Shown here one piece after another: positions 9,036 through 18,654 of a DNA stretch of 60,914 nt. The notes beneath the pieces were generated by a model. It worked only from the letters and a program-made list of their open reading frames with translations. It ran no database searches and was not told where the DNA came from. Each line of letters opens with the position of its first letter. Positions within the stretch are counted from its first letter, which is position 1. Origin of the DNA: Actinomycetota bacterium. Lineage in GTDB: Bacteria; Actinomycetota; UBA4738; HRBIN12. The stretch lies in the NCBI GenBank assembly GCA_038211015.1, contig JBBQVZ010000001.1, positions 1-60,914 on the forward strand, given 5' to 3'. Both the position numbers and the translations under genes were made by a program.

Positions 9036-9485
9036 CTACCTCCTCCGCGCGAGGCGCGACAACATCGCGATCGCGACACCGACGCCGACGCCCACCGCGA
9101 CGGCCAGCGGCGAACGCACGAGCACGCGGCCGCCCTCCTCGACGGTGACGTTCGGCGAGACGACGATCCCGACGAATGCTCGCGGGCCGATACGTGCGCC
9201 GCCGGAGGCGACGATGACCTGTGTCCCGCCGTTCTCGATCGAGACGTCGCCGTTGGCCACCAGCGGCCCGCACCCGCCGTTGCGGATCGTGACGCTCCCG
9301 TTCGCCAGCACGGGGCCGGCTCCACCGTTCAGGATCGAGAAATTGCCGTCTGCGGCGACGAACCCCGCCGCCGATCCGGTGAGATGCACGTCGCGCGCCT
9401 TCACGAGCCCGACGAACGACTTCGTCACGTTCGCGTCTGACTGGAACTCGAGCGAGCCGGCGGTTCCATGACCTCGTTCGTCCAT
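9036..9485 (-). CDS. beta-helical repeat protein with a C-terminal transmembrane anchor (bactofilin/DUF4097-like)
   Basis: 17-18 aa repeats (ADGNFSILNGGAGPVLANGSVTIRNGGCGPLVANGDVSIENGG). C-terminal PLAVAVGVGVGVAIAML followed by RLARRR. Confidence 0.55.
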   Translation of the reverse strand: MDERGHGTAGSLEFQSDANVTKSFVGLVKARDVHLTGSAAGFVAADGNFSILNGGAGPVLANGSVTIRNGGCGPLVANGDVSIENGGTQVIVASGGARIGPRAFVGIVVSPNVTVEEGGRVLVRSPLAVAVGVGVGVAIAMLSRLARRR

Positions 9486-9512
9486 GTGGACCTCCTCTGT
9501 CGACCTCCCATC

Positions 9513-11720
9513 CTAGGAGGAGGGCGAGCCGGAGAGCGCTGAGGTGGGGATCCGCCCGGCGACGGAGGTGCCGCTTCCCGGCGCAGATCGGATCTGGAGC
9601 GTCCCGCCGATCGCCTCGACGCGGTCCGCCATGCCGCGGAGTCCGGTCCCGTAGCTCGTTCGGTCCATGTCGAAGCCGGCTCCGTCGTCGGACACCTCGA
9701 ACGTGAGATCGCCGTTCGACTGCGCCAGCCGGACCTCGGCCCTGCGAGCGCCCGAGTATTTCGCCACGTTGTTGAGCGCCTCCAGCGCGCAGAAGTAGAC
9801 GGCCGCCTCCACCTGTTGCGGGTAGCGCGCGACGTTCTCCGCCGCGACCGACGTCTCGATCGTTCCCTTGCGCGCCTGCGCCTCCAGCGCGGCCACCAAG
9901 CCCTTGTCCGCGAGGAGCGGCGGATAGATGCCGCGCGCGAGGTCCCGGAGATCCTCGATCGCCTGCCCCGTTGCCGTCTGCAGGTTGGCCAGCATCGCCT
10001 TCGTCTTCGCCGGATCACGGTCGGCGATCCCTTCCGCGAGGCGCAGCTGCACCGATAGTGCGACGAGCTGTTGCTGCGCGCCGTCATGGAGATTCCGCTC
10101 GAGCTTGCGTCGCTCCTCGTCCTGCGCGCCAACCAAGCGTTGCCGCGACGCCTGCAGCTGCTCGATGTTGTCCATCAGCTGTTCCGTCAGCGCCACGTTG
10201 CGCATCACCAGCCCCGCCTGTGCGGCCAGGTCGCGGACCAGCTTCTCCTCCGTCGGGGTGACCGACTCGCCGGCCCGCTTCACGATCGACAGCGCACCCA
10301 GGAGCTCCCCTTGATGCCGGATCGGCTCCCGCATCTGCGACGACGACACATCGCCGGGGTCGTCCTCCGCCGCGACGATCGGTGACAGCGGCTCGGCGTC
10401 GTGCGGCCACGTCGCCTCGGGCACCAGCTCGCCGCCGATGCGGACCCAGACGTCGGCCCGGACGGCGCCCGTGCCCCCGGCGAGCGCTGTGGCCATCCTC
10501 GGCAGCAGCTCATCGTTCGCGTAGGCGTTCCCCAGTCTCTCGGAGAACTCCGAGAGCACCTCGTAGGGAGCGGCACGATCTCCATAGACCAGTCGGTCGG
10601 CGAACCGCTGGGCGCGTAACCGGATCGGCTGGAATGCGATCGCGATGACCGCGGCGGCAACGGCGGAGAGAACCGGATCGCCACGACTGCCGACGAGCGC
10701 ACCGATCCCGACGACGATGCCGGCGTAGACCGCGGTGATGACGACGGCGATCGTTCCGTAGAGCACCGCGCGGTTGACGACGAATTCGATGTCGAACAGG
10801 TGATATCGCAGCACGGACACCCCGATCGCGATCGGGATCAACCCGAACGAGAAGACAGAAACGTTCTGGATGACGTTCATCCAGCCGGGCTGGCTCTCCA
10901 CGCTCCACGAACCCGCGAACCCGATCAGCAGCGCGACGGTGTAGAGGACCGCGACGATCGTCGCCGCGGTGACGAGCCAGCGCAGCTGGAGCCGCTCGAT
11001 GCCCGAGGAGCGCCGGAACCGTTGTACCAGGGCGACGAGTGAACCGATGACGCCGATGGGGAGCATGGCGAGGGTGACGATCAGAACCGAGAGCACGGGT
11101 CGCAGCGATTCCACGCCGAGCGGGTTCCGGAAGTCCGCGAACGGGCCCATCTCCTCACCGAACTTCCCGGGGGCCAGGACGATGCCCAGGAAGACGACCA
11201 CCAGGCTCACGGCGAGGATGCGCGCGAACCATCGCCACCGGGGCGAGGGCAGGTGCCCGTCAGGGAACAACAGGAGCAGGAACGTCACGGGCAGGCCTAC
11301 GACCGGTACCCACATCGGGTTGTCCACCGACGCCGCGATCAGCCCCAGCTCGCGGCCGCCGACCCCACCGTTGACGCCGTAGCCGGCGTACGACCCGAGG
11401 AACGTACCGAGCCCGATCGCGGCCCCGATCCCCAGGATGAGCCAGCTGAGTGAGTTGTCCGGCCGGCGGATGGCCATCAGGTACCCCACGAAGGGGAACA
11501 ACCCGAACGCCAGCAAGAGCCCAAGATCGGTGGGCACCTCGTCGACGGTGGAGAGCCAGAGGCCCGCGACGACCGTCAGGACCGTGAACCCGGAGATGAC
11601 GCGCGCGAACAGGACGAGCCGCGCGCGACGGGCCGCCGTCATCGACCCGAGACCATCGGTCGGTTCCACCATGACCGCATCGTCGCACCCGGCTTCGGGC
11701 GCGTCCAAGGGTGCCGCCAC
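9513..11720 (-). CDS. sensor histidine kinase, HisKA_3 (NarL/LiaS-type) with a polytopic membrane N-terminus and a GAF-like linker
   Basis: H-box NLHDGAQQQL. N-box EALNNVAKYS. DDGAGF and GLRGMADRVEAIGG. About 9-10 hydrophobic helices at the N-terminus. Start uncertain (11720 GTG, 11672 ATG or 11642 ATG). Confidence 0.85.
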   Translation of the reverse strand: MAAPLDAPEAGCDDAVMVEPTDGLGSMTAARRARLVLFARVISGFTVLTVVAGLWLSTVDEVPTDLGLLLAFGLFPFVGYLMAIRRPDNSLSWLILGIGAAIGLGTFLGSYAGYGVNGGVGGRELGLIAASVDNPMWVPVVGLPVTFLLLLFPDGHLPSPRWRWFARILAVSLVVVFLGIVLAPGKFGEEMGPFADFRNPLGVESLRPVLSVLIVTLAMLPIGVIGSLVALVQRFRRSSGIERLQLRWLVTAATIVAVLYTVALLIGFAGSWSVESQPGWMNVIQNVSVFSFGLIPIAIGVSVLRYHLFDIEFVVNRAVLYGTIAVVITAVYAGIVVGIGALVGSRGDPVLSAVAAAVIAIAFQPIRLRAQRFADRLVYGDRAAPYEVLSEFSERLGNAYANDELLPRMATALAGGTGAVRADVWVRIGGELVPEATWPHDAEPLSPIVAAEDDPGDVSSSQMREPIRHQGELLGALSIVKRAGESVTPTEEKLVRDLAAQAGLVMRNVALTEQLMDNIEQLQASRQRLVGAQDEERRKLERNLHDGAQQQLVALSVQLRLAEGIADRDPAKTKAMLANLQTATGQAIEDLRDLARGIYPPLLADKGLVAALEAQARKGTIETSVAAENVARYPQQVEAAVYFCALEALNNVAKYSGARRAEVRLAQSNGDLTFEVSDDGAGFDMDRTSYGTGLRGMADRVEAIGGTLQIRSAPGSGTSVAGRIPTSALSGSPSS

Positions 11721-11745
11721 GACGCGAGGAGGTGGTGTTACGTGG

Positions 11746-12072
11746 TCAGGCGGTGGCCCAGTTCGCGACCACGGGATGGTCGACGGCGACGGGCCCCGCC
11801 GACGCGGCTCCGCCGGGGGCGCCGAGCCCGCTCACGGCGTCGCCGAAGAACTCGGCGTTGATGGGCGTGAACTGCCTCCACTCGGCCGGAACGTCGTCCT
11901 CGTAGAAGATCGCGGTCACCGGACAGACCGGCTCGCACGCAGCGCAGTCGACGCACTCGTCCGGCTGGATGTACAGCATGCGGGTTCCTTCGTAGATGCA
12001 GTCGACCGGGCACTCGTCCACGCAGGCGAGGTCCTTCACGTCGATGCACGGCTCACAGATGGTGTAGGTCAT
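11746..12072 (-). CDS. fdxA: 7Fe ferredoxin (3Fe-4S / 4Fe-4S)
   Basis: MTYTICEPCIDVKD..CVDECPVDCIY..CVDCAACEPVCP cysteine pattern. AAGGAGG RBS. Confidence 0.9.
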   Translation of the reverse strand: MTYTICEPCIDVKDLACVDECPVDCIYEGTRMLYIQPDECVDCAACEPVCPVTAIFYEDDVPAEWRQFTPINAEFFGDAVSGLGAPGGAASAGPVAVDHPVVANWATA

Positions 12073-12173
12073 GGCGGCGCCTCCTTCATCCCGCCCATCA
12101 TGTCGCCTGAGGGTGCCTCCGGCAAACGTCCCAGGGTAGGGTGACCCGTCTCGAGCGTCTGGAGGAGTTGCCC

Positions 12174-13217
12174 GTGAGCTACGTCGCCGCCGAGGAACGC
12201 TACGACATGATGGTCTACCGCTTCAGCGGGCGGAGCGGCCTGGCGCTGCCGGCCCTTTCGCTCGGCCTCTGGCACAACTTCGGGGACGCGACCCCGGGCG
12301 AGGCGCAGCGCGACATCGTGCGCACCGCGTTCGACCTGGGGATCACCCACTTCGACCTGGCGAACAACTACGGCCCGCCGTACGGGAGCGCCGAGACGAA
12401 CTTCGGCAAGATCCTGCGGAAGGACTTCGCCCCGTACCGCGACGAGCTGGTCATCTCCACGAAGGCGGGTTGGGACATGTGGCCGGGTCCGTACGGCCAA
12501 GGCGGCGGTTCGCGGAAATACCTGCTCGCGAGTCTCGACCAGAGCCTGGGGCGCATGGGCCTGGACTACGTCGACATCTTCTATTCGCATCGCTTCGATC
12601 CGGACTCGCCCCTCGAGGAGACGATGGGCGCGCTCGCGACCGCCGTGCAGCAGGGGAAGGCGTTATACGCCGGCATCTCGTCGTACTCGCCTGGCATGAC
12701 GCGCGAGGCGGCGCGGATCATCCGCGAGCTGCACGTTCCGCTGCTGATCCATCAGCCTTCCTACAACCTGCTGAACCGCTGGATCGAGGAGGAGCTGCTC
12801 GACACGCTGGTGGAAGAGGGGATGGGCTGCATCGCGTTCTCGCCGCTCGCGCAGGGCGTCCTCACGGACAAGTACCTCAAAGGGGTGCCGGAGGACTCGC
12901 GCATGAACCGTCCGGGCGGCGATTCGCTCCAACCCGAGCATCTGCGCGAGGAGAACCTCGCGCACGTCCGCGCGCTGAACGACATCGCCAAGACGCGCGG
13001 CCAGAGCCTGGCGCAGATGGCGCTCGCGTGGGCGCTCCGCGACCCGCGCGTGACGTCCGCGGTGATCGGCGCGAGCCGACCGGAACAGGTGATCGAGAAC
13101 GTGGGCGCGCTGGACAACCTGGAGTTTTCACCCGAGGAGCTCGCCGCGATCGACACCCACGCGAAGGAAGGCGGCATCAACCTGTGGGAGCGCCCCTCCC
13201 ACGACGAGCGGCCGTAG
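12174..13217 (+). CDS. gpr: aldo/keto reductase, L-glyceraldehyde-3-phosphate reductase (YghZ/Gpr)-like
   Basis: Near-collinear with E. coli YghZ as I recall it (LPALSLGLWHNFG, GITHFDLANNYGPP, GISSYSP, LLIHQPSYNLLNRW). GGAGGAG lies 6 nt before the GTG at 12174. Confidence 0.9.
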   Translation: MSYVAAEERYDMMVYRFSGRSGLALPALSLGLWHNFGDATPGEAQRDIVRTAFDLGITHFDLANNYGPPYGSAETNFGKILRKDFAPYRDELVISTKAGWDMWPGPYGQGGGSRKYLLASLDQSLGRMGLDYVDIFYSHRFDPDSPLEETMGALATAVQQGKALYAGISSYSPGMTREAARIIRELHVPLLIHQPSYNLLNRWIEEELLDTLVEEGMGCIAFSPLAQGVLTDKYLKGVPEDSRMNRPGGDSLQPEHLREENLAHVRALNDIAKTRGQSLAQMALAWALRDPRVTSAVIGASRPEQVIENVGALDNLEFSPEELAAIDTHAKEGGINLWERPSHDERP

Positions 13218-13235
13218 GCGCGCGGGTCCGCCCAC

Positions 13236-13561
13236 GTGGCGAGTACGGTGCCGCCCTTCGAGCAGCTGGACTTCCTCTACACCCCGAGCAAGGACGTGGC
13301 GGCCGATCTCGCGTACTTCACGGAGGTGCTCGGGGGTCGCGTGCTGTTCGCGGTCGAGGCGATGGGCACGAGGGTCGCCGCGATCGAGCTGACGTCCGGC
13401 CCGCCGACGGTCCTGGTCACCGACCACGTGGAAGGGGAACGCGCGATCCTCGTCTTCCGCGTGGCCGACCTCGAAGCGACGCTGGCGGACATCGTGTCGC
13501 GCTGTATCAACTCACGCGACCCGAGGCCGCCGGTCACTTCGACGGCCGCCGCGACTTCTGA
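13236..13561 (+). pseudogene. VOC/glyoxalase-family gene with an internal out-of-frame deletion
   Basis: The N-terminal 83 codons (..ILVFRVADLEATLA) are in one frame. The family-typical C-terminus GGHRVALYQLTRPEAAGHFDGRRDF-stop is in another frame. The 326 nt total is not a multiple of 3, and about 25 codons appear to be missing at about 13484. Confidence 0.55.
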
Positions 13562-13563
13562 CG

Positions 13564-14607
13564 TCAGGCCAGCCAGGCAGCGAGTTGCTTGGCTTCCTCG
13601 TCGAGTTCGCGCCGCGCCGTCCGTGGGAGCGGCTCGAAGGGCGAGACGACCACGCGGGTCCCGTCGTGCTTCCACGTGCCGGCGACCTGCCCGTCGATCA
13701 GGAAGCTCGGGGACGAATGCGGGGTCTTGGTGTCGAACAGCATCGGGCGGAACCGCTCGGGCAGGATCTGCGTTCGTCGCGCGTGCACGAGCAGCGTTGC
13801 GTCCCACGTCGGGAGGAATCGCACGGGCGATGCCACGTCGGCGTCGGGGAGCGGCGCCCGCGGCAGGTCCAGGAGCTCGCCGTCGCGCTCGTCGCGGAAC
13901 CGCCGCAGCCGCATCCGCTCCAACGTTGGGGAGATCGCGGTTGGAGAGATGCCAGCCCAGTTCGCGATGTCCTTGTGGGACGCCGGACCGAAGGCGCCGA
14001 GGTAGCGGCGGACGATGAGCTCGAGCCCCGCGTCCGGTGTTTCGTCGGGAGCACCTCGCAACCACGTTTCCGCCAGGCCGTAGAGGTCGGCCGAGCGTCG
14101 TTCCCATGTCCCCGACGGCGGCACGCGCAGCAGGTCCACCCATCCGCCGACGCCGTTCCACATCGTGGAGCTGACGCCGAGCTCCGCGACGAGGTCCTTC
14201 CGCCGGCGCGGCCCGTCGGCCAGAAGCGCGCGCACCTGTTCCGCCACGGCCGCCACCTCGCGCTCGGAGATCTGATGACGTGTGGCGCCGAGCCACCACT
14301 TCCGTCTGTCCTCCCGGATGGCCGCCGCGAGGGGCCAGTAGTCGCGCGCCGTGACGATGTGGATCGTGCTCCGCATCAACGTTCCCTGCGCGAGCGTACG
14401 TCGTTCGAGTGCCCGTGTGAGCTGCCCGCGTTCGAAGCCGGCGAGCCTGGTCCACAACCCGATGTAGGAAGACGGCGCGTACTGCGACTGCACGCCGCCC
14501 ATCCGCTCGACCGCCTTGGTGAGCGGGAGGTCGCTTCGTTCCAGAAGCATCTGGCGAGCGAGCAGCGCACGGTTCAACTGGCGCTCGGTCAGCGTCCGCT
14601 CGGTCAC
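13564..14607 (-). CDS. winged-helix DNA-binding protein, AlkZ/YcaQ-like DNA glycosylase family (DUF1006)
   Basis: N-terminal LNRALLARQMLLER..GVQSQYAPS.YIGLWTRL signature. 347 aa. Confidence 0.7.
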   Translation of the reverse strand: MTERTLTERQLNRALLARQMLLERSDLPLTKAVERMGGVQSQYAPSSYIGLWTRLAGFERGQLTRALERRTLAQGTLMRSTIHIVTARDYWPLAAAIREDRRKWWLGATRHQISEREVAAVAEQVRALLADGPRRRKDLVAELGVSSTMWNGVGGWVDLLRVPPSGTWERRSADLYGLAETWLRGAPDETPDAGLELIVRRYLGAFGPASHKDIANWAGISPTAISPTLERMRLRRFRDERDGELLDLPRAPLPDADVASPVRFLPTWDATLLVHARRTQILPERFRPMLFDTKTPHSSPSFLIDGQVAGTWKHDGTRVVVSPFEPLPRTARRELDEEAKQLAAWLA

Positions 14608-14647
14608 CGCCGGAGTCTACGGTGGCCGGCCGACGGGATCGCCGCAG

Positions 14648-15064
14648 CTACCCCTCCGCTCGGCGGTAGTCGATCGCCCAGCGCTCGACCCACGCCGTAC
14701 CGTCGACAGAGGACTCCCAGCGCCAGTGGAACGCGTCGCGTTCGACGTCGCTGAAGACCATGCGCTTGAACGTCTGGTCCTCGTCGACGGGACCCGGCGT
14801 CGCGAAGATCGTGCCTTCGTCCGTCCCTTCGGCGACGAAGTGCCAGTAGCTGCCGTTCGAATCGACCCAGGTCTGGCGCCAGAGACCGGTGAGTGGCTCG
14901 TGCACCGAGACGCTCATCCCCGACCATGGAATGGGCGGACCTGCCTCGAACCGCTCGACGACCACGGCGTCGCCCAGCTCGCGCGTGATCGTGTTCGTGC
15001 CGCCGCCGCCCTCCCACGTCGCGGTCCACGTGCCGAGCCAGAAGTCGAGCGCCTCGGGTCCCAT
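14648..15064 (-). CDS. DUF1579-like small protein
   Basis: LDFWLGTW..W pattern. 138 aa. GC3-rich. Confidence 0.5.
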   Translation of the reverse strand: MGPEALDFWLGTWTATWEGGGGTNTITRELGDAVVVERFEAGPPIPWSGMSVSVHEPLTGLWRQTWVDSNGSYWHFVAEGTDEGTIFATPGPVDEDQTFKRMVFSDVERDAFHWRWESSVDGTAWVERWAIDYRRAEG

Positions 15065-15156
15065 GCGCCAAGATTAGGGTGACTCCTGCCCACGGGCTTG
15101 CGGTAACGTGCGCCTCTACGAGGAGGTCGCGGACGGCGCAACGGGTGCAGGCGCGC

Positions 15157-16749
15157 ATGGCGGTGCTGGGAGCGTTGCTGTTGCTCCCGGCGGCCGGGCT
15201 CGTCCTCTTGTTGGCGGTGCCATCGCTGGATGTGCTGTGGGAGAACCACCCCTCCCATTTCTGGTTGGTGCTCAGCGTCGCCGTCGCGAACGTCGTGCTC
15301 GGCGTGCTGACCAGCGAAGCCGCCAGCCAGCGAGGAGACTCGAGGCTGTTCCTGGTCTCGCTCGCGCTCCTCGCGAGCGCGGGTTTCCTGGCGCTCCATG
15401 CGCTCGCCACCCCTGGCGTCGTGTTGGAGGGTCCGAACGCGGGCTTCCAGATCGCGACGCCGATCGGGCTGGTCCTCGCCGCGGGATTCGCGGCCGCGTC
15501 GGCGTTGCAGCGCGAGGGCGGGCAGGGTCCGTCCATGAAGGTGCAGCGCGGCATACGGCTGGGGCTCGGCGTGCTGCTCGCCGCGTGGGCCATCGCGTCG
15601 TTCGGCAAGCTCGATGTCCTGCAGCATGCGCCGGGCGAGGAGGCGCCGCCGATCCTGCGGCTGCTCGCGCCCGTCGCCGTCGGCCTGTACGCGTTCGCGG
15701 CCGTCCGGTATCTGGACCTTTACCGCGAGCGGCGGCGGACGCTACCCCTCACGGTCGCGTTCGCGTTCGTGCTCCTCGCCGAGGCGATGATCGCCGTCGT
15801 GTTCGGTCGCAGCTGGCACGCGACGTGGTGGGAGTGGCACGTGCTGATGGCGATCGCGTTCGGCTCGATCCTGTTGGCCTCGAGGAGTGAGTATCGGCGG
15901 GAGCGGTCGGTGACCGCGACGTTCGGCGGGTTGTACCTGGAGCGCACGCTCGAGCGGGTCGACCGTCGTCACTCGGAGGTGCTGGGCGAGCTGGTCGAGG
16001 CGATGCGCGAGGACGCTCCTCTGACCCCGCTGCTGGAGCGCCTGCGGAAACAGGGGTTCGGCGCGGACGAGGTCGCCATGCTCGAACGGTCGGCGCGTGA
16101 GCTCGCGCGCATGGACACGCTGTTCCGCCGGTACGTGGGTCCGCGACTCGCGGATCGGTTACGCGAGGAGCCGGCGCTCGCCGAGCTCGGCGGCAGCGAG
16201 AAGGACGTGACCGTGCTCTTCGCCGATCTCCAGGGTTTCACGAGCTTCTCGGAGGGGCGGCCCGCCGACGAGGTGATCCAGATGGTGAACGCCTACTGGG
16301 AGGGAGCGGTGCCGATCGTCGTCGAACGAGAGGGCGGGTTGATTGAACGGTTCGCCGGCGACGCGATCATGGCGGTGTTCAACGCGCTCGACGACCAGCC
16401 CGATCATCCGCTGCGCGCCGCGCGTGCGGGCCTGGCGATGCGCGATCTGACGGAGGAGATCGCCTCACGGCATCCGTCGTGGCCGCGCTTCCGGATCGGC
16501 GTGAACACCGGTCCGGCCGTGATCGGCAACGTGGGCGGCGGCGATCAGCGGAGCTTCGCCGCGATCGGCGACACGACGAACGTCGCGGCCCGGCTCCAGT
16601 CCTCCGCACTCCCCGGGCAGGTCCTGGCGAGCTCCAGCACGATCGAGCGGCTGGAGGGGATCGTGGACGTCCGGTCGGTCGGCCCGCGCTCGTTGAAAGG
16701 GAAGGGCGAGGACGTCGACGTCTTCGAGCTCGTGCGTACGCATGCGTGA
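15157..16749 (+). CDS. membrane-anchored class III adenylate/guanylate cyclase
   Basis: Multiple N-terminal TM helices. VLFADLQGFTS, FAGDAIMAVF and IGDTTNVAARLQS. An alternative GTG start at 15079 is possible. Confidence 0.85.
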   Translation: MAVLGALLLLPAAGLVLLLAVPSLDVLWENHPSHFWLVLSVAVANVVLGVLTSEAASQRGDSRLFLVSLALLASAGFLALHALATPGVVLEGPNAGFQIATPIGLVLAAGFAAASALQREGGQGPSMKVQRGIRLGLGVLLAAWAIASFGKLDVLQHAPGEEAPPILRLLAPVAVGLYAFAAVRYLDLYRERRRTLPLTVAFAFVLLAEAMIAVVFGRSWHATWWEWHVLMAIAFGSILLASRSEYRRERSVTATFGGLYLERTLERVDRRHSEVLGELVEAMREDAPLTPLLERLRKQGFGADEVAMLERSARELARMDTLFRRYVGPRLADRLREEPALAELGGSEKDVTVLFADLQGFTSFSEGRPADEVIQMVNAYWEGAVPIVVEREGGLIERFAGDAIMAVFNALDDQPDHPLRAARAGLAMRDLTEEIASRHPSWPRFRIGVNTGPAVIGNVGGGDQRSFAAIGDTTNVAARLQSSALPGQVLASSSTIERLEGIVDVRSVGPRSLKGKGEDVDVFELVRTHA

Positions 16750-16768
16750 CGGTGGGTAAGCTGCGCGG

Positions 16769-17632
16769 ATGAAGATCCGCCGTCGTGCCCGATTGGATCC
16801 GGGGCAGGTCCAGGACCGCCGCGGCATGTCGGGCGGAAGCATCGCCGTGGGCGGAGGAGGCCTGGGCCTCGTCATCGCGATCGTCATCGTCGTGGTGAAC
16901 GCGATCGGCGGTGGTGATGCGGGATCGGTATTGGAGGATCTCTCCGGAGTCACGGTGGGAACCGGATCGCCCACCGGCGACCTGAGCCACTGTCAGACTG
17001 GCGCCGACGCGCAGGACAGCCACGATTGCCGGATCGTCGCGTACGTGAACAGCATCCAGGACTACTGGGACGGGCAGATCGACTACCGCGAGTCGCCGAC
17101 GGTGTTCTTCACGGGACAGACCTCGAGCGCGTGCGGCCAGGCGACCACCGACGTCGGGCCGTTCTACTGCCCGGCCGACGCCATGGTCTACATCGACCTC
17201 GGGTTCTTCCAGGAGTTGACCGATCGATTCGGGGCACAGGGCGGTCCGCTCGCGGAGGCGTACGTGCTCGCGCACGAGTACGGACACCATGTTCAGGATC
17301 TCCTCGGGTTGTTCGACCAGGGAGGCAGTGGGGGACAGGGTCCGCAGAGCGACTCCGTGCGGACAGAGCTCCAGGCCGACTGCTACGCGGGAGTGTGGGC
17401 CGCGAACGCCGTCGACACGGGATTCATCACCAGGATCACCGACCAGGACGTGGCCGACGCGCTCGATGCGGCGGAGGCGGTGGGGGACGATCGGATCCAG
17501 CGAGAGACTCAGGGCCAGGTGAACCGGGAGACGTGGACGCACGGCTCGTCGGCAGAGCGGCAGCAGTGGTTCCGGACGGGGTATTCGTCGGGCGATCCGA
17601 ACGCATGCGACACGTTCAGCGGTTCGATCTGA
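16769..17632 (+). CDS. ypfJ: YpfJ-family neutral zinc metallopeptidase
   Basis: N-terminal TM helix. [21 protein letters not shown] zinc motif. Confidence 0.85.
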   Translation: MKIRRRARLDPGQVQDRRGMSGGSIAVGGGGLGLVIAIVIVVVNAIGGGDAGSVLEDLSGVTVGTGSPTGDLSHCQTGADAQDSHDCRIVAYVNSIQDYWDGQIDYRESPTVFFTGQTSSACGQATTDVGPFYCPADAMVYIDLGFFQELTDRFGAQGGPLAEAYVLAHEYGHHVQDLLGLFDQGGSGGQGPQSDSVRTELQADCYAGVWAANAVDTGFITRITDQDVADALDAAEAVGDDRIQRETQGQVNRETWTHGSSAERQQWFRTGYSSGDPNACDTFSGSI

Positions 17633-17641
17633 TCCCGCGGG

Positions 17642-18118
17642 TCAGCTCAGGCCGTTGCTCTTGCGGACCCGCTCCACCGCCCAGCGCATCGTCTCCACGA
17701 ACGACTCCCGGGCCTCGGGGACGGAGAGCTTCGCGAGCGTGATGTCGGGGTAGTCCGGCTTGTCCAGCTTGAAGCCCGTGATGCTGCCGAGTCTCCCGCG
17801 AAGCGTTTCCTCCTGCTCCGCGATCCTGAACGGGTTGATCCGCCGGAGCGTCTTCAGTTGCACGGCCACGCGGCCACCCTTGGAGAAGAGCGCGAAGAGC
17901 TCGATGTCGGTCAGCATGCCCGGGATGACGGAGACGAACGACGCACCGGTCGTGTTGGGAGGCTGATGGGTGGATCGAAGCCGCATCGACGCCGTCGCGT
18001 CGATCAACATCCTCGTCGTGGTGGCCGCCTGCTCGCCGTGGGTCTGCTCGACGGTCGTGACCAGCTCCTCGATCCACGCCGGTTCGGTCATGGGTTTCAC
18101 CATATCTCCACTCACCAT
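17642..18118 (-). CDS. hypothetical protein (no family recognised)
   Basis: GC3-rich frame of about 150-158 aa. Start ambiguous (ATG at 18118, 18103 or 18091). The longer 248-aa ORF extension is Arg/Pro junk. Confidence 0.5.
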   Translation of the reverse strand: MVSGDMVKPMTEPAWIEELVTTVEQTHGEQAATTTRMLIDATASMRLRSTHQPPNTTGASFVSVIPGMLTDIELFALFSKGGRVAVQLKTLRRINPFRIAEQEETLRGRLGSITGFKLDKPDYPDITLAKLSVPEARESFVETMRWAVERVRKSNGLS

Positions 18119-18216
18119 AGCCTGAAGTCGATGCCGCCGGTGAGCCGCGGTGTCCGGGATCGCTACCGCAGCGGTCGCGGCACCCTTCGTCCGGTCCGGC
18201 TCTAGACTCCTCACGG

Positions 18217-18588
18217 ATGAGCGTGGAGACGATCGAAGTGGGCGAGTACGACGTCGCGACGTTCGCCGACGAGCTGGCCGCCGCCCCCGAGAACCTGGCG
18301 GTGGGCACGTCGCGCCTGTTCGAGAACGACCGGGTGCGCGTGTGGGAGGTGCGGCTGGCGCCGGGCGAGCGGACGCCGTTCCACGCACACACCGTTCGGT
18401 ACTTCTGGACGTGCGTCGATCCCGGCGTGGGCCGCCAGCGGTACGCGGACGGGACGCTGAAGGTGCTCCGGTACGTGACCGGGGACACGCTCTACTCGGA
18501 GCACTCGCCCGAGACGCCGATGCTCCACGACCTCGAGAACGTCGGCGAGACGCCGCTGCGGTTCGTTACCGTCGAGCTCCTGACCTAG
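18217..18588 (+). CDS. cupin-domain protein
   Basis: 123 aa. PGERTPFHAH..LENVGETPLRFV cupin motifs. Confidence 0.65.
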   Translation: MSVETIEVGEYDVATFADELAAAPENLAVGTSRLFENDRVRVWEVRLAPGERTPFHAHTVRYFWTCVDPGVGRQRYADGTLKVLRYVTGDTLYSEHSPETPMLHDLENVGETPLRFVTVELLT

Positions 18589-18654
18589 CGCGTCCCGCGG
18601 CTCGGACGTGGCAGGATGCATCCGCGCGGAGGTTCGAGGCGGAAGGAGACGGAC

